This document shows, one piece after another, positions 1 through 11,100 of a stretch of 64,000 nt of DNA; the first letter of the stretch is position 1; each line of letters opens with the position of its first letter. The stretch spans positions 768,001 to 832,000 of the forward strand of contig CM000431.1 of the NCBI GenBank assembly GCA_000165345.1. The letters run 5' to 3'. A program made the translations under genes and the position numbers. Below the pieces are notes generated by a model, which did not search any database, was not told the origin of the DNA, and saw only the letters and a list, made by a program, of their open reading frames with translations.

Positions 1-3000
1 ATACTTTTTTCTATTTCAAACATTTGTTTGCTCTCCTCATTAGTGAATTCCTTAATTTGAATAAGGAAATCATGTACAAGTCTTTGAAAGTCAGAGATGG
101 TTTTGCTATGAACACTATTGAAAAGTTCAAGTACAAAGACTTCAACTTGCTCTTTTTGGACGGTAATGAACGATTTGATGAGTAAGTCTGCAATATACTC
201 CATAACTCCTACTTTTGAAATTTTACATGTGGTTCCTTGGCAAGAATCGCATATTAATGAAGAGTTAGAAGCTATATTTGTTTGCTTATTGCCTTGATTT
301 CCTTCAAATAGAGAGAATTCTGAGATTTTAATCAGCTCATAAAGTACCATTGTTTGGTACTGAAAACCCGATGTATGTAATGTATCTGTCAATACACAAA
401 ATATCTCCCTAATTATTGACAAGTAGAATGCATGGCAAAATTGAAAAAGTGTATTGCTTTGAGCGCATGAACTCTGAATACCGTTATTCTTCGAGCTATT
501 ATGATTAATCAAATTAATTAAAAAGTTGTACAATACAATTAATCCTTTTTCCGCCATATTTGGTTGTTCATGTCTAATAGCCCAAATAATACTCTCAATA
601 TAAAGCGTTAATATATTTCCTGGCAAGTTGAATAATTGCAAGAAGCAAAATTCATTACAATCAGCCAGGAAAGAATAAAAAAACTCTCTATGGTCTGGGT
701 ATGCATGAAAATTGTCCTTAATCATGGATAAAGTGGATTCGAAGAGATGGTAAATGATAGCATTAAACAAATCATTATTCGCTTTAACAATATCATTTAA
801 ACGCACGATAATTGTACTCGATAAAATAAGTACTTGAGATTCCTTAATCTCAGAAATGCATGCATGGTAATCTTCTAAAACTGGAATAATAATTGGATGT
901 ATAATATATTGCAGCATTTCTGTCCCTGTGATATTGTGATACAAAATCGATTGTATATCTGTTATATATCCAGAAAGATTCTTGTTTTCGCTTAACTTGA
1001 GTTTTTTTCTAGGTGCGATAAAAGAAATAAAAGAGTTAATTAATTTAATTATTTCTTTTTTGGAAATTCTTAATTGCTTAATATGAGCATGGGAAATAAT
1101 TACAATCCCTTTTCGCTGAACTTCTCCAGCTATGAAATTAGAATATAATTTATAAAGCTCAACTAAGAACGAACTTCTTTCAATAAGTACACGGGCAAAT
1201 CCAACTCCACAGCTAGATGCAATTGTTTCCATAATGCGTACAATAATAATCAATTTTTGTGAACATTCCATCGAACACAATTCATTTATTATACCTTGGT
1301 TATCAGGATTAGATCTCAATTCAACCAATCTGGAGATAATGTCCTTCCAATATAAACTATCAAAAATGAGTAGTAATTCAGTTACGTACAGATACTGCTC
1401 ATCAACATCCTTTAGAGAAGAGATAGTTAATGAGATTCCCTGTATTAGAATAAGTATTTGTTTGTCATCAAGATGCTGTTTTAGCTCGTGAGAATAACCT
1501 ATCATATACTTTAAAAACTTAATTTCTTGTGAACCGCCGTCAATAATTTCTGGCAGCATTTGATTACTTGAACTTCTATTATTTCCATCAATAAAATTAT
1601 TCGAACTCATTGATTTTTTACATTTAGTTGCAATTTTCAAAAATGCTTCACATGCCATATCTTTTACCCCAGGAAATGTTTCATGCATAAACTCAAACAG
1701 CTTGTTGATTACAGTTTGAAGAAATTTCCAATGGTCTCTGAGAAACCTTGGATACTGCCCTACTACATACATAACACAACTAGCAACGGCTGCTTTATTG
1801 GCCTTACCTCTTTTTCTTTCGCAAAGCATCAACAAAGATTTAATGACTTCTATTATTAGTCTCCTTTCAATGTTTTTGCTCAAACTTCCGCTAATACTAC
1901 CAACAGCCCAGCACAATCTATTAAGTTTTATAGGATTCCATTGATTGCCAGAAGAAGAATTACAAGTACAAATAATTCCACAATTAATGCAAACAACATC
2001 GAATTCTTCTTGAAGTAATTGCAAAATGATCTTTTCCATATAATTTTGGCCTAGGTTACTTAAATAAATTAATATCTCACGCAAGGACTTATATAAAGAT
2101 ATTTCATCTGTATCTGGAATATTTTCTCTGGTCACTTCGCCTGTTTCTGGATCAATAGCAATGTAAACTTCTTGTGGTTTTGCCATCCTACATATTACCA
2201 TTTTTCTGACATCACATAATAATGACTGATAGTGGACTAATCTAGAACTGTATTCTTCAGGATTGTTAAATGGGTTCTCTTGTCTGTGAGGATCAGAATT
2301 ATCAATATTTCCAAAAGTATCGTTTTTCAATAGAAACAAGGGCGATGATTTTGCTTGAGAGTTCATCATTGAGCTGTCATTTGACTTCTTCTTTGAATTA
2401 TCTAAAACATCATAGACCAGCTGTTGAGTGAAATGAAGCCAAAAGTCGACGCAAACTTTAAAAATCTCATCATTTTGAATGTAACTAATATTTACCATAC
2501 GTTCTAGAGCAAAATCCATTCCTTGTATGGTCTCTGGATACTTTTCACAAATCGATAGTCTATGAGTTTTAATGAAACTAGAAAGCAAGAGTGCGATATA
2601 GTTAAAGTATCTCTCATAGTACAATCTTGTGCTTGTGGAAACATTTGGCATACTATCATACTGCGCATATTCATTCGGGACCTCTTTAATGCGATTGACA
2701 ATTGAAAGCCATATTTGAACCATTTGATCTTCTATCTGTTTGTTCAAACCTCCATTGCTATCTTTTGTATTTTCATCAAATTTCAGAGGAGAAATTTCAG
2801 TTAAGCATTTAATTGACTCGAGTCTAAAGGAGGGATTTCCCCAAAAGTGGTCCAAAAGGAACTGAAGAAGGTTGTAAATAATATTGTTATTACCATTTGA
2901 AGCTATTGAATGAGGTAGCTGAGGCCTCAAATCGCATTCTAATATATAATTTAGCGGAATCCATTTTAAATAATGGCACAGGCACTGGAGTGACGAAACA

Positions 3001-3662
3001 ACTAAGTTAACCTTAATATTTTGTGGGTTTTCTAAATAAGAAGTTAATACAAACAATATTAGCGACAAAATTTGAGGGAATTGTTGATTTAATATGTCCA
3101 TCAATTTTTCAACTTTCTTTGAAACCATTTGATCCTCACCAAAATCGAATACTTCCTCGCTTAAAAGTCTCAATAATTTCATTGTATTTTCACAAATATA
3201 TTGATTTGTTTTGGCTGCATTGCATATTTCCGTAATAAAATTTTCCCAATTATCAGGCCACTCTTGTTTAACAATCATAATCAAAGTTTCATTAGTTTTG
3301 TTTAAAAAATGTTTATTTTCATTGAGAATTTTTTCGTCTTGGCAAAGCTCAATACATAATTCAGTAATGTACTGCTTTATGCCAGTCTTTTGGTCAAACG
3401 GCAAAATCTTCCATTGAAATTGAATGCATTTCTCTAAAATACTAAGTGCAAAAAATTTAGTATTATAGTCACTACTTAGCTGCAAAATATTGCCAACTAT
3501 TCTCCAAGAATCGGTTTTTTGCTTTAGTTCGCTTAAAATCTTATCTGCAATTATTCTGTCACCTGGGCGTAATCCATACATAACACCTACTAGTTCATCT
3601 AGCATCTCAACCTTCTGAAGATCATAAGGCTGAGATAAATCCAATAACAGGGAGATATCCAT
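1..3662 (-). CDS. CRM1: Exportin-1 (CRM1/XPO1), partial. The C-terminal ~30 aa lie beyond the window start.
   Basis: Hand translation of the minus strand from the ATG at 3662 to position 1 gives 1220 codons with no stop. The N-terminus (MDISLLLDLSQPYDLQKVEMLDELVGVMYG...ILEKCIQFQWKILP) and internal motifs (GQYPRFLRDHWKFLQTVINKLFEFMHETFPGVKDMACEAFLKIATKC; DSIIWAIRHEQPNMAEKG) match CRM1 along its whole length. It is absent from the ORF track only because no stop codon occurs inside the window. Confidence 0.9.
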   Translation of the reverse strand, partial: MDISLLLDLSQPYDLQKVEMLDELVGVMYGLRPGDRIIADKILSELKQKTDSWRIVGNILQLSSDYNTKFFALSILEKCIQFQWKILPFDQKTGIKQYITELCIELCQDEKILNENKHFLNKTNETLIMIVKQEWPDNWENFITEICNAAKTNQYICENTMKLLRLLSEEVFDFGEDQMVSKKVEKLMDILNQQFPQILSLILFVLTSYLENPQNIKVNLVVSSLQCLCHYLKWIPLNYILECDLRPQLPHSIASNGNNNIIYNLLQFLLDHFWGNPSFRLESIKCLTEISPLKFDENTKDSNGGLNKQIEDQMVQIWLSIVNRIKEVPNEYAQYDSMPNVSTSTRLYYERYFNYIALLLSSFIKTHRLSICEKYPETIQGMDFALERMVNISYIQNDEIFKVCVDFWLHFTQQLVYDVLDNSKKKSNDSSMMNSQAKSSPLFLLKNDTFGNIDNSDPHRQENPFNNPEEYSSRLVHYQSLLCDVRKMVICRMAKPQEVYIAIDPETGEVTRENIPDTDEISLYKSLREILIYLSNLGQNYMEKIILQLLQEEFDVVCINCGIICTCNSSSGNQWNPIKLNRLCWAVGSISGSLSKNIERRLIIEVIKSLLMLCERKRGKANKAAVASCVMYVVGQYPRFLRDHWKFLQTVINKLFEFMHETFPGVKDMACEAFLKIATKCKKSMSSNNFIDGNNRSSSNQMLPEIIDGGSQEIKFLKYMIGYSHELKQHLDDKQILILIQGISLTISSLKDVDEQYLYVTELLLIFDSLYWKDIISRLVELRSNPDNQGIINELCSMECSQKLIIIVRIMETIASSCGVGFARVLIERSSFLVELYKLYSNFIAGEVQRKGIVIISHAHIKQLRISKKEIIKLINSFISFIAPRKKLKLSENKNLSGYITDIQSILYHNITGTEMLQYIIHPIIIPVLEDYHACISEIKESQVLILSSTIIVRLNDIVKANNDLFNAIIYHLFESTLSMIKDNFHAYPDHREFFYSFLADCNEFCFLQLFNLPGNILTLYIESIIWAIRHEQPNMAEKGLIVLYNFLINLINHNSSKNNGIQSSCAQSNTLFQFCHAFYLSIIREIFCVLTDTLHTSGFQYQTMVLYELIKISEFSLFEGNQGNKQTNIASNSSLICDSCQGTTCKISKVGVMEYIADLLIKSFITVQKEQVEVFVLELFNSVHSKTISDFQRLVHDFLIQIKEFTNEESKQMFEIEKS

Positions 3663-3979
3663 TATTGCTAGTTATGTTTCGTACTCGATGTTGTTAGTAC
3701 CTTATAGATTAACTTCATTAATGCGTCTTGGCAAACTAAAAAGTTGTCCTGAATTTCAATTTTAGGTAGTTCAATGTAATTTGTACACTAATGATTACCT
3801 TAAAATACGTACAATACGACCTATACAATTTTAATTTGCTTGTCTAATAAAAAAGTGAGTACTTTTTAAGAGCCAAAAACTTGTATACCGCCAAATTTAT
3901 ACTTAATGAAAGCAAGTCCATTTGATGATCGCATTTTAACCAATTAATTTAGATTTAAAGATATGTAGCGAAACAGAAT

Positions 3980-5449
3980 ATGAATCTTAGTGAAATGGAA
4001 AATATACATATTTTTTCGGGTGATATACCGGCAATTGTTTGTACGTACTTCAATAAAATCTATTTAAATAATAATTATATGTGCGACGTTAAATCTAATG
4101 AATCTAATAAAAGCCAGCAAAGTAGTATCAAACCAGGATCAATTGCCATTTTTGACTCAAGCTACAGTCGAAATAATCTTTTTAAGTTTGAAGATGAGCT
4201 TTGTAATTATTTGGGCATTGAAAATTTAATTCAAAACAATACTTTGTATTGCGCAAATGATAAAAATCAAACTTCTGTTGCAAATAAAGGGAATTTGATT
4301 GAACAACCACCTTGGAATGGGGAAATCAATGTATTTGAACAAAGAAATAATGATAGAATTTATTTAAATAAATTGAATAGCCTATTGTTTTTAAAAAGGT
4401 TAATAGGAGAGAAAAATGTTCACAATGCAGCGATTAATAGGAAAAAGTGCTCAGACTCAAGTTTCATGCCAGGATTATTAAAAAATTCCTATGGATTAAG
4501 TGGTATAAATTTAGATCTTGAAAGAGATGAAGTATTGGAGATTGTTCGTCATAAACTCGAAAACTCTGATCAAAATAGAATTATTCACTTGTCTACTGAA
4601 GTAGACTCTATATTTAGTAATATTTCAAACGAAATACTAGAGTTTTTAGACGAAGAAGCACCTCATGCATATAAGCCATCGCTTTCACTATTAATGAATG
4701 AGGATTCAATTACAAAAACTAATAATTTTAATCTTATTAAAATATCGAATTTTGCAAACACAAGATTCCTATTGGATCAAAGTAACTTTTGCAACGATAT
4801 TTGGTTGATGGACTTAAAATACATTGAAAGTTTGGGAAATGGAAATTTGAATAGCAATTTTAACCCTTTGGCTGCATTAGCATTTGCTGTATATCAAACT
4901 AGTATTACAGCAGGCGATATTAACAGTATATATGCGAATCCACTTAGTATATTAGGAAGAGCTGTAAACCATCCATTCAGAAATATTGCGATTTTTGATC
5001 AAAGTAAAGCCAGTAATATCAGAGATAATACTAGTTTTTTTGTGGATGAAAATTTTGAGTCTCTTTGTTCGAAATATTTTTTGGACATTTGCCAGAGCGA
5101 ATATTTTGGTTTGGAATTACTTGATAAATCAGAAGTTATTTCCATTATAAATGAAAATTCTTGCATTCTTGGAAAAGGAGCTGAACAAATAATTGATTAT
5201 TTGAACAAAAACACCCACAAAGTTATTCCTAATTACAGTAATTCGACTACAAACAATATGTTTCCAATTAGTATACTTCACACCATTTATAGCATAAAAA
5301 ATTGCAAGCTTATTAATAGCTTGTTTAAGAGTATATTAGGATGTAAAAGTGATTCTAAATTCCTAAATATGACGAGAGATTATTACAACTTGGAGTTAGT
5401 TGAAATCAATGAAATTTTTGAATCTGTATCGACTTTGTTAGACACCTGA
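3980..5449 (+). CDS. Hypothetical protein (489 aa), N/S-rich, no recognisable domain
   Basis: Long uninterrupted ORF starting at an ATG. It is divergent from CRM1 with a 317-bp shared upstream region, and its 3' end overlaps the SMU1 3' end by 67 nt. Confidence 0.5.
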   Translation: MNLSEMENIHIFSGDIPAIVCTYFNKIYLNNNYMCDVKSNESNKSQQSSIKPGSIAIFDSSYSRNNLFKFEDELCNYLGIENLIQNNTLYCANDKNQTSVANKGNLIEQPPWNGEINVFEQRNNDRIYLNKLNSLLFLKRLIGEKNVHNAAINRKKCSDSSFMPGLLKNSYGLSGINLDLERDEVLEIVRHKLENSDQNRIIHLSTEVDSIFSNISNEILEFLDEEAPHAYKPSLSLLMNEDSITKTNNFNLIKISNFANTRFLLDQSNFCNDIWLMDLKYIESLGNGNLNSNFNPLAALAFAVYQTSITAGDINSIYANPLSILGRAVNHPFRNIAIFDQSKASNIRDNTSFFVDENFESLCSKYFLDICQSEYFGLELLDKSEVISIINENSCILGKGAEQIIDYLNKNTHKVIPNYSNSTTNNMFPISILHTIYSIKNCKLINSLFKSILGCKSDSKFLNMTRDYYNLELVEINEIFESVSTLLDT

Positions 5450-7170
5450 TTGCTGTAATATAATTTAATTAATTTATTTTTAGCAGTAATAACAATATTT
5501 CCACTGATTTGGTCCATAAGAATTTGCTCATTTTCACATGGATTTTCAATATTTATCTCTTCGTATTTAATGTTCTGATTTATAATATCGTAAATTGCTA
5601 TTTTAGAATTCTTCAGCAAACAAATAATAATGCTCATTTTTGAGTTAAATGTAGAAAAAAGCAAACTTTTCATTACATTTTCCCCAATTGGTAGGCTTGT
5701 TGTTTCTCCATTAGAAATATCAACCAAATACATCCCTGATTTTGATCTGATAAAGAACGAATCAAATGTTTGAATGTTTTTTTTTAACTTTCTATCTTTT
5801 TGGATTGAAAATAAAAGATCATAGTTATTAACCAGTGTTAATTCTAATATTTGCGAGGAACATATATCATACGTTGCTATACAGCTGCTAGACTTAATAT
5901 CCCAAATATTAATACTACCATTACTTAGTGCACTTATTACCATTGTTTCTGAATTATTATAGGAAACTTTGTTTACAAAGAATTCACTTTTTTTTGGAAA
6001 GTACTTGATTGTACGCACCGATTTTAAACCATGAATTTTTATGATACCTTCAATTGATGAGGAAAGTATACAGGTTGCATCTTTGTTAAATACAAAATCA
6101 GTTATATAACTTTCATATGCATTAACACAAAAAATAAAATTCGAGTTTGAATAGTCCCAAACCTTTATATCTGCTTTCTCGCTCGTACTAGCAATTATGA
6201 TACGATCAGAGTTATGATCATTTTCAAATTTATTTCCAAAACTAACTTGATTTTTAATGCAAGTTGCAGATAAACCCAATACTTTAACTTCCTCTTCGCA
6301 ATGTGAGTATATATTTTTCGAATTTACGTTTTTATTTGTAAAACCGTACAGATTAGCATTTCCAATAATAATATACCCTTTTGAAGTTGCAAATATATGT
6401 TCTCCAGAGGGAGTGAATGTAATGCAGCACAGATCTCCAAATTGTTCTGTATTAATGATAGTAGAAGAGCTTTTAAACAGTTTGAATTCTTTCGTCTCAT
6501 TAAATTGCAGTTGTTTTCGGCCGCATGTAAAATTATTTTCATTATGATCAAACCCTAAGTTCTCACATGCTTCCTCATTGTCTAATTCTAAGGTACTTTT
6601 ATATTTCAAGGAATCCCCTATAACTTCTAATAACAACGATTTTCTAACTTCTATGAAATTCTCTGTAATTAATTTAGACAATCTTTCTCTAGATTTTTCT
6701 TTACTTTCTCCTTCTAAATAGCTATTTTTGACAAATGTTAAAATTGAGGAATAGTTTAATTCAACTGAATTATTCTTTACATTTGAAATTATATTTTTTG
6801 ATTTTTCAATTATCTCGAGCAGAGTGTTATATTTTTCATCAAATTGGTTATGCAAAAATAGTGATTTGTTATTTTCTATCAAATATTGAGCAACAAATGG
6901 TTCTTTTAACTCTAACAATTCCAGAGCAATGTGCTCAAAGAGAATTATTTGTAAATTTGCTGGAATTTTGATATATTTTAATACTTCAATTAGCTCATTC
7001 CAATGCCCTTTAGAAATTATTGTTCTTATTTCATCAACACTTTCAATCCAATTTAGGCTAACACCACTTTCATATGATAGAGTAGAATAGCTTTCTAACA
7101 AGCCACTTTCCAACAAAAATTGGAGGATTAACTTGAGCACATTTACGTTTGAAAAGTTAACGTGATCCAT
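5383..7170 (-). CDS. SMU1: SMU1-like splicing factor (LisH-CTLH N-terminus plus C-terminal WD40 repeats)
   Basis: The N-terminus VLKLILQFLLESGLLESYSTLSYESGVSLNWIESVDEIRTIISKGHWNELIEVLKYIKIP...LELLELKE aligns with the LisH/CTLH region of SMU1 ([30 protein letters not shown]...SGHWDTVLQAIQSLKLP). The C-terminal half carries WD40 repeats, with IKIHGLKSVRTIKYF matching SMU1 IRIHGLKSGKTLKEF. Confidence 0.85.
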   Translation of the reverse strand: MDHVNFSNVNVLKLILQFLLESGLLESYSTLSYESGVSLNWIESVDEIRTIISKGHWNELIEVLKYIKIPANLQIILFEHIALELLELKEPFVAQYLIENNKSLFLHNQFDEKYNTLLEIIEKSKNIISNVKNNSVELNYSSILTFVKNSYLEGESKEKSRERLSKLITENFIEVRKSLLLEVIGDSLKYKSTLELDNEEACENLGFDHNENNFTCGRKQLQFNETKEFKLFKSSSTIINTEQFGDLCCITFTPSGEHIFATSKGYIIIGNANLYGFTNKNVNSKNIYSHCEEEVKVLGLSATCIKNQVSFGNKFENDHNSDRIIIASTSEKADIKVWDYSNSNFIFCVNAYESYITDFVFNKDATCILSSSIEGIIKIHGLKSVRTIKYFPKKSEFFVNKVSYNNSETMVISALSNGSINIWDIKSSSCIATYDICSSQILELTLVNNYDLLFSIQKDRKLKKNIQTFDSFFIRSKSGMYLVDISNGETTSLPIGENVMKSLLFSTFNSKMSIIICLLKNSKIAIYDIINQNIKYEEINIENPCENEQILMDQISGNIVITAKNKLIKLYYSNQVSNKVDTDSKISLISTNSKL

Positions 7171-7277
7171 AAAATAATAATTTTAACAATTTTTAGGCGC
7201 AAATAAAAACGCTAGTTAAAAATTCTAACAAAATTAGAAGTATTGCAAAAAAAAGTTTAGAGCATCAAAAATAAATA

Positions 7278-7643
7278 TTACGAAATTTCTTGAATATAGT
7301 GCTTGAAAAATGATCCCAATGAACTTTCAAATAATTGATTATCTATTAAAGACCCGTAATTATATTCGGGGGATTTTATAACATTTTCTAGATAAATGGT
7401 AGAGTATAGTTGCCTGAAATGATATTAATTAAAATTTACTTAATATTTTAAATGATTAATTACCTCAGCAGCTCATTTCCGTAGTGAATTGATGGATGCA
7501 CCATCAAAATAAACTAAATTTTTAATTAAAATAATCACTAAATAGTTTTAACTAACCTTGTGCCCTGAAAGAGTTTCAAAACAATACAGCTTGTATAGTT
7601 CCGTGGTATAGGAAATAAATCTAAAGTGTTTAATAATAAACAT
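7278..7643 (-). CDS. TRAPPC2/sedlin (Trs20)-like small protein. Hand-built 3-exon model (7557..7643, 7464..7513, 7278..7413), probably missing one or more 5' exons further upstream, up to about 8013.
   Basis: Not in the ORF track. Splicing GTTAGT (43-nt intron 7514..7556) and GTAATT (50-nt intron 7414..7463) gives MFIIKHFRFISYTTELYKLYCFETLSGHK|FILMVHPSIHYGNELLR|QLYSTIYLENVIKSPEYNYGSLIDNQLFESSL.... The pieces ELYKLYCFETLSGHKFILMVHP and LYSTIYLENVIKSPEY...LIDNQLFESS resemble sedlin-family motifs (YKVYGYVTNSKVKFVMVV and LYVKTLMNPFY...IRSPAFDSR). Intron sizes match the other introns in the window. Confidence 0.45.
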
Positions 7644-8126
7644 TTTCTTTGCAAATTTTTGAGATAAATTTACCCGTCCTTATCATTGGTAATGTTTGGA
7701 ATAAGCCTTTTACAAAAAGACTTCATTGAGAATAAAAGTCCATTAAGTAGACGAATATGCCTATAGTATTTCTTTGAACTGTGCCTTTTTGGAACACCTT
7801 GTGTTTCGCAAAATTCATCTTTATGTGAAGATTTGGAAAGAAAGTTCCTGCGATTTTTGTATTTAGTATTAAAAATATGTGAAACTAAAGCTTAACTAAC
7901 CTCCAGTAATTTGATGCTTCTGCTTCAGCAATATTTACATGAAATACACATGTTTGTCTATGGAATATCGTCAAGCTATATATTAATAATTCAACGGATT
8001 CTTTTGCACGCATTAAGCCAATTTTTTCTTCTTTTTAAAGTTAGTGGAAACGGCGGTAACATGATTCCGTAAAGTGTGCATATTCTTTAAGTTGAATGAA
8101 ATAATTAGTAAAATTGTTGAATATTA

Positions 8127-11100
8127 ATGAATAACGAGATTAGTATTGATGGAGATTCAATTTCTCCAAGTAGAAGACCTTCAATGGCAACAAATAATTC
8201 CGCCAATTTAATTCCTGAAAGTAGTATCAAGATTCTACGCAATATTTCAGAACAATTAAATAAACTGACTTTTGTTAGTGGGATTGTAGTTCCTAAAAAA
8301 CAATATTTTTCAGAAGAGTTATTTAATAAAACTAGCTTATACTCAGATAATTGTATTAAAAATATTTTTAAGGAAGATTTAGTTGAAAGCCAATTTAATA
8401 AGTTGGAAATGATTAAAACTAGTTTTAATATTATTAAAAACGAATGGGATGATATACTATATAGAAATACAATCAATAAAAAAAATTTAGAGCAACTTGA
8501 ATCCAGAAAGGTTGAATTTATTGGAAATACATCTTGCTTTCAGTCTATATGCGACACTTCAATATCACAGCTTGGAAACCTAGAGTCTCAGGCAAGAATA
8601 ATTGAGGAATATATATTTCCTTATCAACAGTATACAATCATCTACTATAAACTACAAAATGATAAATTCTCAAACAATTTAAAGGAGATTTCTAGTTGCT
8701 TTGAAATAATTGATAATTCAATTATTTTCTTCAAAAACCATATGGAATTGAAACGTACAGATTATTATATTGAAGGCTATAAAAAATTAAGAGTTAGGCT
8801 CTGCTGCATAATAAAAAATATCATGAAAAATATATTAAAGGACTGCCAAGTGAAAAACAGCGTAGATGAAAACCATAATATTACAGAAATATCTTCACAG
8901 CCGTTAGATTACAATGGAGAAAATAAAGGTGGGTATAATATTTCCCTATATTTTACTCAGTTAAGAGCTAAAGGGAAACTTTTTAACGAATATATAAAAT
9001 TATTAATGCAAAGATATAAAGAAACTTTACAAAATGAAACTTACAGATCTGCAATTGAAGAAATGGAAAGATACTATATTGACTTAAGAATTTCGGACGA
9101 ATGTTGTGGGGTCAGGTCATTTATTAAGTTTGGCTCGAAAAAGCTTTATTCAGGCAAAAACTCCCAAAACTGTTTGGCATTAAATATTAAAAGTTTTACC
9201 AGACTGGTTTTGAATTACTGTAAATATGAATGGGCAACATATAAATCGTTTTTCTGCTGTCAAGAAACTCTAAATGGAAAGAATGAAAACAAGATTTATG
9301 AAATTCAGAGGTTAAGCAGGGAACTTGGGAATAAAATTAATGCTTCTAAAAAGAACATCGAATTTAATAACTATTTCAGCTCACTGATTGAAAGGTTCGG
9401 AAATGAATATTATAACGCACTAATATTACAAATTAAAGCTCAAAGAGATCCAGAATTGTTAAGAGAATCAATTCAATACTTGTCACAAGATATAGTTAAT
9501 ATCTCTAACGACCTATACCAGTCCGTTTCCTTTCCGGATATCTATTTGTCTTCTCTTCTTCATTACATAATAAAACTTCAAAGCTCAATACTTGAACAAC
9601 TCATGTATTGTACTGAGGCCTTTATAAAAGAAAAAATTCAAGATTATGAATTAAAAGTTGAGGAGTTAAATTATCCTGAAATATTGCAATTATTTAGTGC
9701 AGATAAAAGGTTAATAAGAAGCCTTCAGCCTCTAGAAGATTCTGCTTCTAATATATCAACTAACCGAGGTCATTTATCTAAAGCTTCATCCCATAATAAT
9801 TTAATGGAAGGAGAAGATTTTGAAGTTACAAATAAAACTTTACGTCCTGAGAACAACAAGCATCATTATGAAAGTGAACTATTGACGAATGTTTCATTCC
9901 CACCTAACAAAATAAGTCTGCAGACTAATAGTGATGCAGAAGATTTTTTATTCGAAGATGAGTACTTTGATATTTTTCAGGAGGAATCTGAGAAAAGCAT
10001 CAATGATAGAAATACTGCGCCTTCGAATGAAAGTTGCCAGAAACAAAATGGTAGAGCAATAAACGTTAGTATTGGATGCTACCCTGTTGTGAAGAATACG
10101 TTGTTAGCTTTATCATTTATTGATAATTTAGTTCCTAATTCCAGCTATTTATTTTTGAATAAATTGATTATTCAAAAGTGCTGTGATAAATTGGTTTCTG
10201 CGAAAGAATTTATATGTAATGAATTCTACTTAAATGATAAAATCTCAAGGATGTATCATGGAAATTTATTTATTGTTAGAAATTTACTTTATTTAAAATA
10301 TGAGCTTATAAATTTAAGTAAGCAAAACAACTGTAAAGGTTTTGATGTATTTGAAAGAAATCTATGCGAGTTAGAAAGTAATGAAAAAAATTTATCCAAT
10401 ACAAAAATAACAGAATCAAATCTTTTAATAAAAGATTCTAACCTTTTGTGCTTTAAGGCGACACTAGATTCAATTGTTAATATAGTTGATGTTCTAATAA
10501 ATTCAAATTTAGAAGAAATGATCAACAATATTTGTTCGAATATCTCTCTCCCATTAACGAAAATCGTGCTGCAAGTTCATCCTGAAATTCAGTCAAGTGA
10601 TATTAAAGAACTACAATGTACAAATCATAAGTACATCCGAGAATCTACTGAATTGTTTTGGAAAAATTTAAAGTTTCATACAAGTAATTATATTTTAAAG
10701 TATCTGAACCTTTACCTTTCAATTGCAGGCAAAGAAGAAATGGAAACATTATTTTACTCTATAATTACAGAAATTGGTTATGAAGGTGACTCAAAAGTAG
10801 ATATTGATTGTAAACTGTCAAATGAATCATGCAACGGTGAGCCAACCAATTTTAGGAATTCAGGAAATTTAAATTCGATGGGATACGAATATGATAAAGC
10901 GCATTTAAACTCGGTTGTTTCTTCTATTTTACCCAGCCCAATGTCAATATTTCTATCTGTTAAGGAAGTTTTAATTGGCGTGATTTTCGAGTTTGACCAT
11001 GTATTGAATAAGAGATTAGGCATTGAAAAAAGTGTTATAGAAGAAGAATTGGATTGGAAACTCCAAAACATTATAAAATTCCTAAACTCAGTAGAAAATA

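Noticed and set aside
11-193. TTG/GTG-initiated small ORFs throughout the track (for example 11..193 and 63376..63999 starting at edge codons)
   Set aside because: The ORF track appears to use a bacterial start-codon table. In a eukaryotic nuclear genome only ATG starts are credible. Several of these are internal segments of longer genes (CRM1 and the 3' partial gene).
6257-6971. Several 75-96-aa ORFs (6257..6547 +, 6324..6551 -, 6735..6971 +) inside or antisense to SMU1
   Set aside because: They overlap a well-supported conserved gene in other frames. They are AT-rich with random-looking composition and some start at TTG/GTG. They are typical shadow ORFs.
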